A DNA stretch of 64,000 nucleotides from Octopus vulgaris (lineage: Eukaryota). Below the pieces are notes generated by a model that worked only from the letters and a program-made list of their open reading frames with translations, did not search any database and was not told the origin of the DNA. Every line of letters begins with the position of its first letter. Within the stretch, counting starts at the first letter, position 1. The position numbers and the translations under genes are program-made. The stretch is from NCBI GenBank assembly GCA_951406725.2, contig OX597816.1, positions 2,418,001 through 2,482,000 of the forward strand, written 5' to 3'. Shown here piece after piece: positions 38,192 to 51,850 of this stretch.

Positions 38192-38716
38192 TATATATAA
38201 GTCAAAGAAGATGAAGAGTCGAAGTAGCACAAGTTTAATACTCATTACAATTGTTTCCGTGACATTCCCTTTTTAAATCACATTACGAACAAATGATTTT
38301 ACATGACACACAATATCATATCTGTATAAATTCCACCATGTATAGTAGAAGCACAGCCTGATACTAATCTAATGACGTGTCACTGTGGTATATTCAACCT
38401 TGTATAAATTTATACAGCCTTTGTATATTTTGTGACTCATAGTCATTTATTTGTAATACAGCTGAGGTTTGTGTACGAGGGGGAACTTCTTTGAATTTGT
38501 AGACAGGCAAGAGTTTAGATTGTATGAGGAAAACACCAGGTTTTTACCCAACACAAACTTACAATAGTGTGTGTGTGTGTGTGTGTGGATAGACAGACGG
38601 ACAGACAGACAGATATATAGTGTGCATGTGTATGGTTAGAAACCTGTACTGCCAGTTCCCTATCAGAGTATTTCAGTCAGCTGCACTGAAACAAATGCTT
38701 AACATGTTTTCCTTAA

Positions 38717-38935
38717 CCCTTTCGTTATTTATTTTGAGATGCTCTGTGTTTCTTTCAATCAATTTTAAATATAACAAAGAATTTAGTAAAATAACTTAGT
38801 TATATCAATTAAGCTAGTGTTAGGAACATAAATTGTGACTAAAGTTTAGTGGAAGATTTTAATTCAAAACTTATGAAAACAAGACATTTGTACTCAGAGC
38901 CAGGGCCGGTTTCAGCCAGGTTGGTAACGAAAGGG
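38717..38935 (-). mobile_element. piggyBac-like MITE with TTAA TSD
   Basis: TTAA|CCCTTTCGTTA ... GGTAACGAAAGGG|TTAA; reverse complement of 15231-15448. Confidence 0.85.
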
Positions 38936-40368
38936 TTAAAGGTGCAGTTTGATGATTTGGAATCAAAATCTTTGTAATTCTAGTTTAACACAAGCTAAAT
39001 GTTATAGCTGCAGACCTGCATGGATATACATACATTACAAAATAAGGAAATAGCATCAGTTTCTAGAATATTCCTTCAGTGATAAAAATTTCTGAAAGTG
39101 TTAGACTCTTCTACATATAAATTTTTAGAAAATAGGTTGGGAAACTCATCTGTAGCACTATTATTCCATTCTATTATTATAATTCTACTATTCTGTTCTT
39201 TTGAATATCAATTGCATTGAGTTGGCAAAAGAGCAACTTGGCAAACAATGAAATCTGCTCCAGCTGGTTGCATGTGAATCACATTATTAGTTTCTTTTAT
39301 GGCTCAAGGTGTTTGCTGTTGCATGAGACACAAACTTGGCACAGTATTTCTCTCTGGCCCAAATTCTATGATAATTTATAGACAATGCTATCATAACTTA
39401 TTCATATTTGATTGTTCTGCCATCATCCTGTCAGCCGATCGTCTGAATTCTTGAATTTGCACTCACGTGTGTTTCACTGCTCTAATTGACATTTCCTACA
39501 TCTTTCAACGTTACGTCAATTTGCATAGCAACATGCAGTACTGAACTGCCGAGACCCACTCTTCCCTGTCATTGATATAAACCTCTGACAAGTCTTATTA
39601 CTATATTTAATTCAAGTTACCTGACAGGGAAGCAGACAGCACTGCTGTATCACATTGGGAAGGTTAGATTTACAAAAGACTTTCAGCTTTTGAAAATCCC
39701 AAAAAGTTGCAATAATTTGTGAAAATATATGAAATGTGTATGTTTGGATGCTGCTGGAAATAATTTGCTTAAATCATTTCATTTAAATTTCTGTATCACT
39801 AATCATCTTCATGTTCAGAATTTCTGAAAATATACAGGTTCATAATGCAGGAGGTTGTTTGTTTGTGTGTGTGTGTAACCATTCTAACATCCGCTTTTCC
39901 ATGTTGGCATGGATCAGATGGAATTTGTTGTGGCAGCTTTTATAAAGCTGGATGACCTTCCTGTCACCAACCTTCACCTGTTTCCAAGCAACATTATATT
40001 TCCCCTCCAGGGCCAGACATGTTTTTCACAGAATTTTAGAAATGAATGACACTGCTTGTATGACAGTGGCACTCATTTACAACCATCACATGATGTCAAG
40101 ACAAGGGGACACAAAGGCACACACATGCACATTGGGTCTTCTTTCAGTTTCTGTCTACCAAATCTATTCACAAGGCTTTGTCAGCTTGAAGCTATAGAAG
40201 ACCCTTGCCCAAGGTGCTAGGGAATGGGATTGAACCCAAAACCATGTGGTTAGCCACTCAGCCATTCTTGTGCTTATACACACACACACACACACACACA
40301 CACCTCTGATACAAATACTTGAAGGGTTCATTAATCAACTGAGATTAACCAAGTAATTAATAGACAGA

Positions 40369-40370
<2 letters not shown>

Positions 40371-40427
<57 letters not shown>
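40371..40427. repeat. (CA)n microsatellite
   Basis: Direct reading. Confidence 0.95.
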
Positions 40428-40429
<2 letters not shown>

Positions 40430-42662
40430 ATTCTCCAAAATCTGAAACGAACAAGTGAGATATTTCCATTCAAGATCACCATATTCGTCTTAATTCATTG
40501 AATTTCTATGTTTGTTTTGGGGTGGAAGTGAGGGTAGGACCTGTCCTCACCAGAAACTTCTCTGCTAGTATGATCCTAAAGGCATCTTAACTATTTTGCT
40601 GCTGCTATACCACAAACCTCCATTTTTATAAAGGTGAATTATTTTCTTAGCCATGCTGCCCTCTGTGTTTCTTGCGTTTATTTACTCAACTTATAAATAA
40701 TCTATAGGCTATGATAAAAGCTCTAAGTACCAGTTTTAGTTGGAGAAATTATTAGAAGATATAAAAAGTGAATGTGCAATAAAAAGTTGGTATCTTTAGT
40801 TGAGAGGAAACAGGAAATTAGTTTCTCTACTTTTTTTGTTATTCTATCTTTTATCTTTCGCTAATTGAAATTGTACATCTCTTTAAAAATGTTCTTTGTT
40901 TAGAAGTAATTATCTTTCAAGGGACCATTTGCTTCATTTCTTTCCTATTACATATGATATTCTGGACGTTTACTGTGATGTTCTATTCAGTATTTCCTAT
41001 GCAATGGTAATCGTAGAAGTTAGCAGTTACAGAGAATGGTATTTTTGTAGACATTTTATCGAAGTTACTTAATAAACATTTAACAATGAAAAGCTAGGCA
41101 AATCAACACCATCTCTACCCAATTCCATCCAATTCCATTTTTAGCATGGAAAAGTGGACATTAAAACAACAACAACGAGGATGATGTTCATCAGCAGGAT
41201 GCAGACACATGTCCAGTGTTTTCAACCTTCTTCTGCCTCAATTAATACTAATGAACACTCTAACGTTATCTTGTAACTCTTAAATGGGTGTTTATTAAAA
41301 ATTACATTACAAAGCTAATTTACATATCTGACTTGAATTATTTTTTTTTTTTTAATTTAGACAAAACAATAGGAATTTAAAAGCAAAAGAAATCTAAAAG
41401 CAGAGAAATAATGTAACCTTTCTCTTTTAATGGTAATTCTTTGCTGCAGGAGATGAATTATTATCCAATGCTGCTGATATTTCAGACTTTGAAAAACTAA
41501 AAATTACTATCTAATGTTGTACTCAAAAGATTAGTGATTCTTGCTGCACGGCTCACAGCACTAACAACCATTAGTTTGAAATTTTACAAGACACTTTTCT
41601 AAACATTGCATTTTTCTTTTCTTTTTTTTGGGTTTTGTTTTGTTTTTTGTTTTCAAGTTTACCATTTAATATTTCCATGTCCAATGAAGTAATATTATAT
41701 TTAAATAGTTTTAATCTTGTTTATTAATATTTCTAAATTCCTTCTGAGAACAACAGTGAAATCATTTTTGGTAATGGGACACAGTTAAGCAAAAACAAGA
41801 TGTTTGTTTAGTATTTCAAGTAACGCAGCAATCCTCTATTGGTTTATTAGAAAACTGCCTGAGATGTTCGTTCTAAAGTTAACAGCAACTAAAACACTAC
41901 AAAAAAAACAAGCGAATTCAATGCCATCCAGTAATCACAACTTACAACTTTGGTGTAAACTTGAAAAACAACTTATTTATATTTTATCGTGGACAATTCT
42001 AAAACCTAGCATAAAAATTTAGCAGAACAGTCCCAGCAGACTGGTTTAAAGTTGGTTGTGTTATGCACGAAGTTGCAGACTGTAAACAAGTAAGACGATA
42101 AGGAGCAACAATCGTAACTATTCTAAATACAGATTAGGTATTGTACAGATAGTGCAGTCTGTGTGGAGAGGTTTCTAGCAGGGAGCAGGATAAGGGGAAA
42201 GTTTGTCAAGCTCTCAAATGTCAGAGAGTTGAGGGAATAAAGGGTGAAAGGCAAATATTGTGAAGCACTGAAGAGGTGGAGAAAAAACAGTGAAATTTCT
42301 TAACTGTTTACTGACTTCCTAATTTTTGGAACCAGACAATAAATGAAGAAACAGTGGCAAGAAGAAGAATTTTGATTAAGACCTGAAAAAAAATCACATT
42401 CCTGAGATATATTAAGAATGAACTAAATATAAAAGACTTTCCAACCATGAACAAACAGAAACAAAAACAGATGAGATGGCCTGAGTAAATAACAGCAAAG
42501 GCTGCCCCGTGTAAAGGACAGTAACACTGGATAAGAACTAAAAGAGAACCCTTTGGTCCTGGCAGACAGTCTCTCTCTCTCTCTCTCTAGTACCAATGCC
42601 AGACTGCTAAAATACGTCCAGATCGAAAGTGTAAAGAAGTTAGTGAGAGCAAAACAACCATA

Positions 42663-43046
42663 GGCGCAGGAGTGGCTGTGTGGTAAGTAGCTTGCCTACC
42701 AACCACATGGTTCCGGGTTCAGTCTCACTGTGTGGCATCTTGGGCAAGTGTCTTCTGCTATAGCCCCGGGCCAACCAATGCCTTGTGAGTGAACTTGGTA
42801 GACAGAAACTGAAAGAAGCCTGTCGTATATATGTATATATATATATGTATGTGTGTGTTTGTCCCCCTAGCATTGCTTGACAACCGATGCTGGTGTGTTT
42901 ACGTCACTTAGCGGCTCGGCATAACAGACCGATAGAATAAGTACTGGGCTTACAAAGAATAAGTCCCGGGGTCGATTTGCTCGACAAAAGGCGATGCTCC
43001 AGCATGGCCGCAGTCAGATGACTGAAACAAGTAAAAGAGTAGAGTA
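42663..43046 (+). mobile_element. Full-length tRNA-derived CORE-type SINE (family B)
   Basis: GGCGCAGGAGTGGCTGTGTGGTAAG head, GGTTCAGTC B-box, CORE-like TCTTGGGCAAGTGTCTT, internal (AT/GT)n and (AAGAGT)n tail. Confidence 0.9.
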
Positions 43047-46000
43047 TGTAAAATGCATGTGACAACAGACGACAATGTAGTCGGATGATTTTCTTTGTTA
43101 CTATTTGATCCAAAAGGTTAAGAAGACACCTGGCGAGACAAGTGCTATCCAACGTTTATTGCTGGTATTGGAGAAACAGGTAAAACGATGATGATGATGA
43201 TGACGAATAGCAACATAATTGAAAGATAATCATTTATTAAAAGAACTGAAATAATCAAGCCATGTTGTCCTGTTCATTAAACTGAACGCTTATCAAAGTG
43301 GGACAGAGACTTTAAAAACAACACTACATTATTTAATGGTGATAAATACAAACAAAACAAAATACAGCCGTTGGCTTCTGGTGGTTGGAATGTGTCTGAC
43401 TAACTTAGTCATTGATTTTACTTTTCATATGAGAAATTTAATGAACACTTTTTGGACCAGAATTCAAATGCAGTATTCTGTGTGTTTCAATTAATTTGGA
43501 TGGAGTCAGTAAAATAACTAACTTGTATTCTTTAAGCGTTTTGGAACAAGTTAATCCTTTCATAATTACATTTCTGTTGAATTGCACTTTGTTTCAATTA
43601 ATTTTAGAAAGCAGTAAAGAATTTGGATTCGAATCAGTAAAATAATTTGTATACTTTTAACATGATGTTTGGAACAATTTAACAAGAGGTTCTTAGATAA
43701 GTTCTGACTATTTTCATTTGAATCTGAACTGAAATGGATAATTTTGTAAATGTGGAACCAAATGCAGGCTTTGGCCCAATTATTTCAAAACTGTTTATTG
43801 TCTTACATGGCAAACAGTATTTTAACTAATTAGATAGACATTTTTCAAAATTCCCCTTCAAATAATTGACTGAACATGGTTAAAAATACTGAACATGAAG
43901 GTGCATCTTAAAGCTTGTTACTGAACATCATCATCATCATTGTTTTAAAGTTCATTTTTCCATGCTGGCATGAGTTGGATGGAATTGTGTTTTTTTTAGG
44001 CAGATCTTTCTATGACTAGATGTCCTCCCTGTCATCACCTGTTTCCATGATTTCGTGGAAAATTGGAAACAAAGGCTACCACTTATATGACAGCAAAGTT
44101 GTTTTTTACGACTATTCACATGATGTCAACAAACACACACACACAGCATATCATCATTGCTAGACTATCAGACTATTTCCTTGTTTGTACTAAATTTCAG
44201 TTATCTAAAGCTCACACAGAGAAGAGCTCAGTGTTTCCAAGTACAGCACTGCTAATGAGTTCTAAACCCCTGACATTATCCACACAACCTTTTGTAACTC
44301 TTCTGTAATATAATTAAAACAGCATTCACAACTATCAGTAATTGTTTGACTAACGGCTATTTCTCTCCCCCCCCCCTACTCTCTACCTCCTTTTATTTGG
44401 AACAAAGAAATATATTAATTTTTTACATCAAAACATCAATTATTTTCTGCATTGGTTGCTTCTCTTTGGAATTGCTTTCTCTTTTACACATGATTGTATT
44501 CATGTCTGATGTGAGAAATTTAATATAAAATATCAAGATCAAAATTAGTGGCTAGTATTATATAAAGGATGGAATATATTACACTTTTTGTGTTAAAAAG
44601 AATGGTGAGGAGAGGGCAGGGGTCCATTACATTCAAGATAACATTTTACTTGAGTAAATATGATAGAATCTTAAATTAGTTTTTTGTTTAATGAAGATTT
44701 CCTTCCACATTTTATCATTCTTTATAAATCATATCTTGAAAGGTGACTTAATAATAGTAGAATGTTTGGTTCACTGATTTTGTATCCATCTTCACTCATA
44801 CCAGACCACCACACTGACCACTATTCAAGCCTTCTACCCCAGAATATTATCCACCTGGAATCTCCTCCCTCAGCTATCAACTGGTAACTTATCAATGTTG
44901 CCTCTCTCCAGACCAAACCGTCAAAAATAAAGAATACATAATAAAAAGAGTTAATGCAGCATTTTATTCCTATTAATTTGATATAGAGGTTTTTAGAAAT
45001 AAAATTGGAGTTAGGAATAAAAAAAAAAAACCCTATTATTTTCAATGGCTAAGTTTGTTGAATATAGCTGAACCAAATAACATGCTTGTATCATTTTTGT
45101 TTTTAAAAAGGCTATTATCTGTCAAATATTACCAGAACTCTGGGAGTGTTATTAAGTGACCACTTACATCAGACCTAATCCGTTATCGTTATAATGCTGG
45201 CATCCGTTTCCAGGATTATTCATCTTGGCCTGTTTTCACAGAGCTTAAAACCTTCTTCCTTTTACCAACTACATTCTTTCCATATATGCAAATGATTCTA
45301 TTATATTGCTGTAGTGTACCTGAGCACTGTATACAATAAGCTCATTAGTAATGTATGTGTTTAACTAGGCCTTAACTGCTAGCTTTTCAACCGATCCAAT
45401 CTTTCATAAACTGCTGTAAAAAGTCTGAATTTATTTTTCTAAACTAGTTCTTGTAACTTGATATTTCAAATAATCCTAAATTACAGATAACAAAATATTC
45501 AACTGAAAATAAGTTTTATCTATTTCTTTTTTTTAATAATTATTTTGCTGTAAAATGAAATTTCGAAAGTTGCTGCTGACTTAAATAATCTGAATATGCT
45601 TCCACAGGGTGTCTTAGTTATCAAGATTTCTAAAAATAAGTTTAGAAACTTTAAAATATACCTTTTAATTGTTTCAGTCACTGGACTGAAGCCATGCTGG
45701 AGCATCACCTTGAAAGATTTGGTTGAACAAATCACACCTGTGTTTGTGGTTTATATCCCCACCCCCAAGTCTGCTACTTAGTCCATCAGTCTCTTTCTAT
45801 GAACTGCTAAGTTTTGAGGAACATAAACAAACCACCACCAGTTGTCAAGTAGTGGGGTGGGGGCGAACACAAAGACACCCATTTGCGTGCGCATGCACAC
45901 ACACACACACAAGACTTCTACACAGTTTCTGCCTACCATATTTACTCACAAGATATTGGTCATCCCAGGGCTATAGTAGAAGTCACTTGCCTGAGGATTG

Positions 46001-47206
46001 AAACTGGAACCATGTAGTTTCAAACGGAGCTTTTAAACCACACAGTCATCCTGTCTCCACACACACGCACACACACATTATAACACTCTGATGTTTTCAA
46101 TATTAGAACCTACAGCAAAAAAGTGGAGGTTTTTTGCAGTTTTTTTTGTGGGGGGAGCTTTTTTTTCTTTTTGTGAGGTGGGGTGGGGGAGGTGTTTCTT
46201 GTCTCTGAAACTTAATTCATAAAGAATTTGTGTGACATTTCTTGGGACTGTTGTATATACATTTATATCAGTGAATCCTAGAAGATGAATTTTTGTTTTA
46301 AATAATCTTTGTTGATGTGAATAAGTGAAAATTTCTTTTATTTACTAAAAAATATATTTTCCATTTTTCTAATCATAAAATTTTAAATAAATCAGATGTT
46401 TGGCTGGGTGTTCCTGTTCATAAAATTAGAATTTTATTTTGTCTTTAGAACACTTATTTTTTTAAGTTTTCAGAAACTATTTTTAGACAGAATTTTTTTT
46501 TTTTAATAAACTACACAAATAATTTTTATTTTTGAATTATTGCAATTTAATTTGTGAAGAAAAATATTATCAATAATTTCTCAATCTGTTTATTGTGTAT
46601 AAAACCAGTGCATCTTTTAGCAACTATTAGTCAGTGATGACCACATTAAATGTTGTTGAGTTGTAGATAATAATTTTGGTTCACACACTTCAAACTGGTG
46701 TTGTTGTTGTTTACAAACACTTATCACTGAGATGGCTGTACACTTCACTTGCGTGAACTCTTCCTTACCTCCCCTCTAGTGAGAATAGGTCATTCCGTCT
46801 TACAGCTGATACATTTGCATCTTGATAGCACCTCCTGCTCCTTCTTCCAGTGTAGAAGCAGACACTAGTAGACACTCAAAAAACAAAGAACTCAGATAGC
46901 AAAAGTGAAGGAATGTGCATGTTGTGGATCTTAACAACAAATAAATGTTGTGGAATCTCTTCAGCTCCAAATGCAAAGACTACTAATTCAGGTGCCGTGA
47001 AACAACCAGCCTCGAAGAAGAGAGTGTCTTAAGTTTCTGTTGCTGTTGCTACTGCGTTGTTGCTAACTTACCAAACCCTTCACCTACCTTCCAACACACT
47101 AAGTTCATGTACAGTCTGCCTCACATTTAACATCACACCGAAGATGCTCTGTAAGAATTCACCCGCATGCCACTTGGTTGGTAATACTGTTGCCATCAAT
47201 TTTAAA

Positions 47207-47233
47207 ATGCCCGATTATTTAAAGAGATGTATT
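47207..47233 (+). CDS. Candidate alternative first coding exon (MPDYLKRCI) of the host gene
   Basis: AAAATG start context, 9 codons, then a perfect phase-0 GTAAGT donor at 47234 followed by T-rich intron. It is preceded by about 450 bp of repeat-free, more GC-balanced sequence with Inr-like TCATTC at about 46790. Confidence 0.45.
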
Positions 47234-48019
47234 GTAAGTTTTTTTTTGTTTTTTTTTAATATTTTTTTATATCATAATCTGTGATTTTTTTTTTTTTTAT
47301 ATAAATATCATTTATTTAGTTATTCTAAACATTTGTTTCTCTTCATTATAGTCTTTTTTATGAAGTTATTTAAACTATTTTATATTTAAGTTTACTTGTT
47401 AATTCAGAATGAATATTTTTTTCTTAATGAGGTTAAAAGAACATGTCTAAGTATATCTCGGTAAATGAAAATCTTTGTTTCATTCTTGTCATGCCTGCCT
47501 CCTCGAGACTTAAGAATGTTTGTGTTCTTTCTTCAGTTCCCTTTTCAATTGCTTGCTGTAGAACAGGGCTTCATTCTTAAATACTATCAGCCACAGCTTC
47601 TCTCCCGGATCATCTTACATCATATATAGCTTCTAGTTTTTCCTCTACGATTCTTGCCTTCTTCTCCATTTCATCTCATATAGTCTCAGGTCCCATATTT
47701 ATTTAAACCCTTACCTCACCAAGCTTGTAATTCAATAGATACTTGTTAGAAATTATTTTTATTCATCATACATACTTAGCTTAGTCATACAATGTAAAAC
47801 GATCGCTCTTAATGCATTAATTAAAAGGTGACATGTGTCTCTTCATTTTCACCTTTTAATCACTCTTTAAAATAAATCAAGCTTATTCATCAGTGTTCGT
47901 TATTTTTAAATTTGTATTTCTTAATTAATTCCATAATAAATATTTTATTCATGAAACGAGCAATAATTTATGGAGAAAATTTCTGCTGGGATTTCTATGA
48001 TAATGTTTATAGATTGTTA

Positions 48020-48730
48020 ACACATGTGTGGCTATGTGGTAAGAAATTTGCTTCTAACCATATGATTACAGGTTCACTACCAGTGTGTGGTGGTGCCTTT
48101 GACCCTGGACTGAAGCTTTGTGAGTGGATTTAGTAGATGGAAACTGAAAGGAGTTGTGTGTGTATTGTAGGTTCAGTCCCACGGTGTGGCACCTTGAGCA
48201 AGTGTCTTCTACTATAGCCTTGGGCCAACCAAAGCTTTGTAAGTGGATTTAGTAGACGGAAACTGAAAGAAGCCTGTCGTGTGTGTGTGTATCTGTGTCT
48301 GTCTCCTCATCATCACTTGACAACTGATGCTGGTGTGTTTACGTCCCTGTAACTTAGTGGTTCAGCACAAGAGACTGATAAAATAAGTACTAGGCTTACA
48401 AAGAATAAGTTTTGGGGTTGATTTGTTCGACTAAAGGTGGTGCTCCAGCATGGCCACAGTCACGTGACTGAAACAAATAAAAGAATAAATTGGTTGTGTT
48501 TGTTTGTAGAGTGAAGGTGCATGGCTTAGTGGTTAATGGTAGTTGGCTCACGCTCATAAGGTCGCAAGTTCAATTTCTGGTGATGCATTGTGGTCTTGAG
48601 CAAGACACTTTATTTCACACTGCCCCAGTCCACTCAGCTGGTAAAAATGAGTTGTACCTGTAATGTCAAAGGGGCCAGCCTTGTCACATTCCGTGTGTCA
48701 CACTGAATCTCCATGAGAACTACGTTATAT
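48020..48730 (+). mobile_element. Nested family B SINE fragments followed by a family C SINE
   Basis: B: GGTTCAGTCCCAC..CCTTGAGCAAGTGTCTTC..GCTCCAGCATGGCC. C: TGGCTTAGTGGTTAA..GTTCAATTTC..TCTTGAGCAAGACACTTT. Confidence 0.8.
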
Positions 48731-49414
48731 CTCATCATCATTTAACATCTGCTTTCCGTGCTGGCATGGGTTGGAAGTTTTGACAAGGAGCTGGCCAGAC
48801 TCCAACTGTCTGCTTTGGCATGGTTTCTATGGCCGGATGCCCTTCTTAACACCAACCACTTTACACAGTGTGCTGGTTGCTTTTTACGTGCCTCCATGTA
48901 TGGAGGACAGCGGTTTTACTTAGCTTGACACATCTTCTCAAGTATAGCAAATCACCACAATCCCTGGTCCCTTGTCATTTTCTCAGTGAGGCCCAGCATC
49001 TAAAGATCCTTCCTCACCACTTTGTATAAAAGAGAGAGAGAGAGTGTGTGTGAATGGAGTAGGGGTGACTCCTTGTTGTGACTTTACACAGTAGTCACAG
49101 AACAAGCTTTATCATCATACAAGCAGCCCTTCAATTCCAGTCTTCTGTAAAAACATGTCCAGCCTTGGGAAATATTATCTTGCTTGAAAACAGGAAAGGG
49201 TTAGCAACAGGAAGGGTGTCTGTCTCTTGCAAATCTGCTTCCATTAATTCTGTCTGACTCATGCAAGCATGGAAAAGTGGATATAGAAACAATGATGATG
49301 ATGATATTGGTTATTGGGTTGGACATCTAAAGTGCAGATTTTCAGTTGTCATCACTTCTTTTTGATAAATTTCATGATGGATAAAAATTCTACATCTCCC
49401 TACTTTTAATGTTG

Positions 49415-49583
49415 TCATCATCATCGTTTAACGTCTGTTTTCCGCGCTAGCACGGGTTGGACGGTTCGACCGGGGTCTGAGAAGCGAGGGGCTGCACCAG
49501 GCTCCAGTCTGATCTGGCAGTGTTTCTACAGCTGGATGCCCTTCCTAACGCCAACCACTCCGCGAGTGTAGTGGGTGCTTTTT
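49415..49583 (-). mobile_element. RTE 3'-UTR-derived repeat, 5'-truncated
   Basis: (CAT)n GTTTAACGTC..GGATGCCCTTCCTAACGCCAACCACTC. Confidence 0.85.
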
Positions 49584-50599
49584 TAAAATTTCTGAAACAA
49601 TGAATCAAAAAAACTAATTCACACAGCAAACCTATTGGTTATTGATATTTATGGGAAGAAATCAGTAAACAAGATATTATTTCTCTTACATTGATTTTTC
49701 TGTACTCTGTTGTATTTTTGTTTTGAAATCTTGTTGAATCCAAGCTTTCACTAACATTCATCATTGAGCTTTCTGCATTTGGATAAGCCTTTTGTATTTT
49801 TCTTCACAGGATATCCACACAAAGTCCATTTTTACAATTCTAGACTCAGAAAATACAAGCTCATTCTTATATCTGCCACGCCACCCTACCCTTTTCTCTC
49901 AATATTTTTCTTTTTCTGTACCAAACTGCTGTATCATTGGTTAGAATTTTATTCATGTTCCTCTTTGACTATGTTCCTAAACAGAAGTTAGGTTTTTACA
50001 ATGAGAACATGTCTGAATAAAGGTTACCATTGCCAGTGAAGAACTTTGCAAATTAAAGACAATCGGCATGTCTTAGGGCCCCTCTTAACTTAAAGATTGT
50101 TGAATTATGTTTTTTTAATTGTTATTGTCCTTAAAACAATGTCTTCGTTCAAGGAATATTCTATATTTGCTGTCTGTGAATTAATACATTTTCCATCTGA
50201 AACTACCACCTGTGTGGAATATTAATTAGTCCATGTTCTTCGGAATCACCTGTTGTATTACTGTTCAGCTGCCAGTGGCACATTTTCAAAACAGGATTAA
50301 CGGTTGCTCGTTATGCTACCTTTTCAGATTCCTCTAAGTCATCTGATATCTCGTTAAACTGTTAATCATTTTGCACTTGCTTCATAATTCAAGTAAAGTT
50401 TTGTTGTCTCAACAAAAGAACTGTTAGAGTCCCAATAGCTCTGAAATTAAAGGTTGTGTATTACTGTCCACACAACTGTGGAGTCGCACTTCTTGTACAG
50501 GCACATGACTCCTCCATTTGGTGCAGTTTATCTGGTTGAGGGCAGCTTTTGCTGTTACAGCATAGGAGGAGAGATTAGAGTTATAATAACAACTCTAAT

Positions 50600-51006
50600 A
50601 CTCTTTTTTTACTCTTTTACTTGTTTCAGTCATTTGACTGCGGCCATGCTGGAGCACCGCCTTTACTCGAGCAAATCGACCCCGGGACTTATTCTTTGTA
50701 AGCCCAGTACTTATTCTATCGGTCCCTTTTGCCGAACCGCTAAGTGACGGGGACGTAAACACACCAGCATCGGTTGTCAAGCAATGCTAGGGGGACAAAC
50801 ACAGACACACAAACACACACATACATATACATATAGATATATACGACGGGCTTCTTTCAGTTTCCGTCTACCAAATCCACTCACAAGGCATTGGTCGGCC
50901 CGGGGCTATAGCAGAAGACACTTGCCCAAGATGCCACGCAGTGGGACTGAACCCGGAACCATGTGGTTGGTTAGCAAGCTACTTACCACACAGCCACTCC
51001 TGCGCC
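50600..51006 (-). mobile_element. Full-length family B CORE-type SINE
   Basis: Reverse complement of the 42663 and 51851 copies with high identity. Confidence 0.9.
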
Positions 51007-51350
51007 TATAATAATTACTTTACCTGAAGCTTTCGTTTCTCAATTTCCTTCAGCTAATGAGTCAGTTGGTGTTACCTAATTCAGCTGCTCAAAGTATTGC
51101 TAGATTAATCAATTTTAGTATATACCGGTGGTTCATTTGTTTGCGTCTGTTTTACTATACTAGCAGAAGTTAAATGAATATGTTATGGAGACATTATTTC
51201 ACGGCTAAATGCTCTTCCTGACCTGTTTTTCAAGTAAGGGATCTCTTATTTCATGGGTCTTCAAAGTTATGACAGCGGAAGTGAAAACGGCACCAATCAG
51301 TTTTTGTGGAATAAATGTAAAACAAAAATAAGAAGAAAATACTCACACAC

Positions 51351-51389
<39 letters not shown>

Positions 51390-51545
51390 AACATATATAA
51401 AATAGGTTCTTTCAGTTTCTGTCTTCCAAATTCATTCACCAAGGGTTATAATAGGAAAATAGGAAGCACTTGTTCAAGGTGTTACACAGTGGCTGGAAAA
51501 CAAACTTCTCAACTACATAGCCATGCATTTTGGGATATGTATATA

Positions 51546-51704
51546 TATTATTCAAAACAGTTTGAGTTGGTTCCATGCAACTCAGTGATTCTCAGGCTTC
51601 TTACAGAAACCCAGCTCAGGCTCAGATTTGATAAACTGAGTCTTAAGTGAACTGGGTTTCTGTAAGAGATTGCATGGAGCCAAATAAAACTGTTTTAAAT
51701 AATA
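51546..51704. repeat. About 160-bp imperfect palindrome
   Basis: Paired arms TATTATTCAAAACAGTTT/AAACTGTTTTAAATAATA, TTGGTTCCATGCAA/TTGCATGGAGCCAA and TCTTACAGAAACCCAG/CTGGGTTTCTGTAAGA. Confidence 0.85.
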
Positions 51705-51850
51705 ATGTAACTCCTATTAAATGTGTTGAATGCTCTTTGCTTTCATTTGTCCACTCGTCCGTGTGTGTTTGTGTGTGTGTGTGTGTGTAGGATTTTATTG
51801 AAGCTAGAAACCTGAAAACAACTTCACAAACTGTTGCTTAGTTTCACGTA

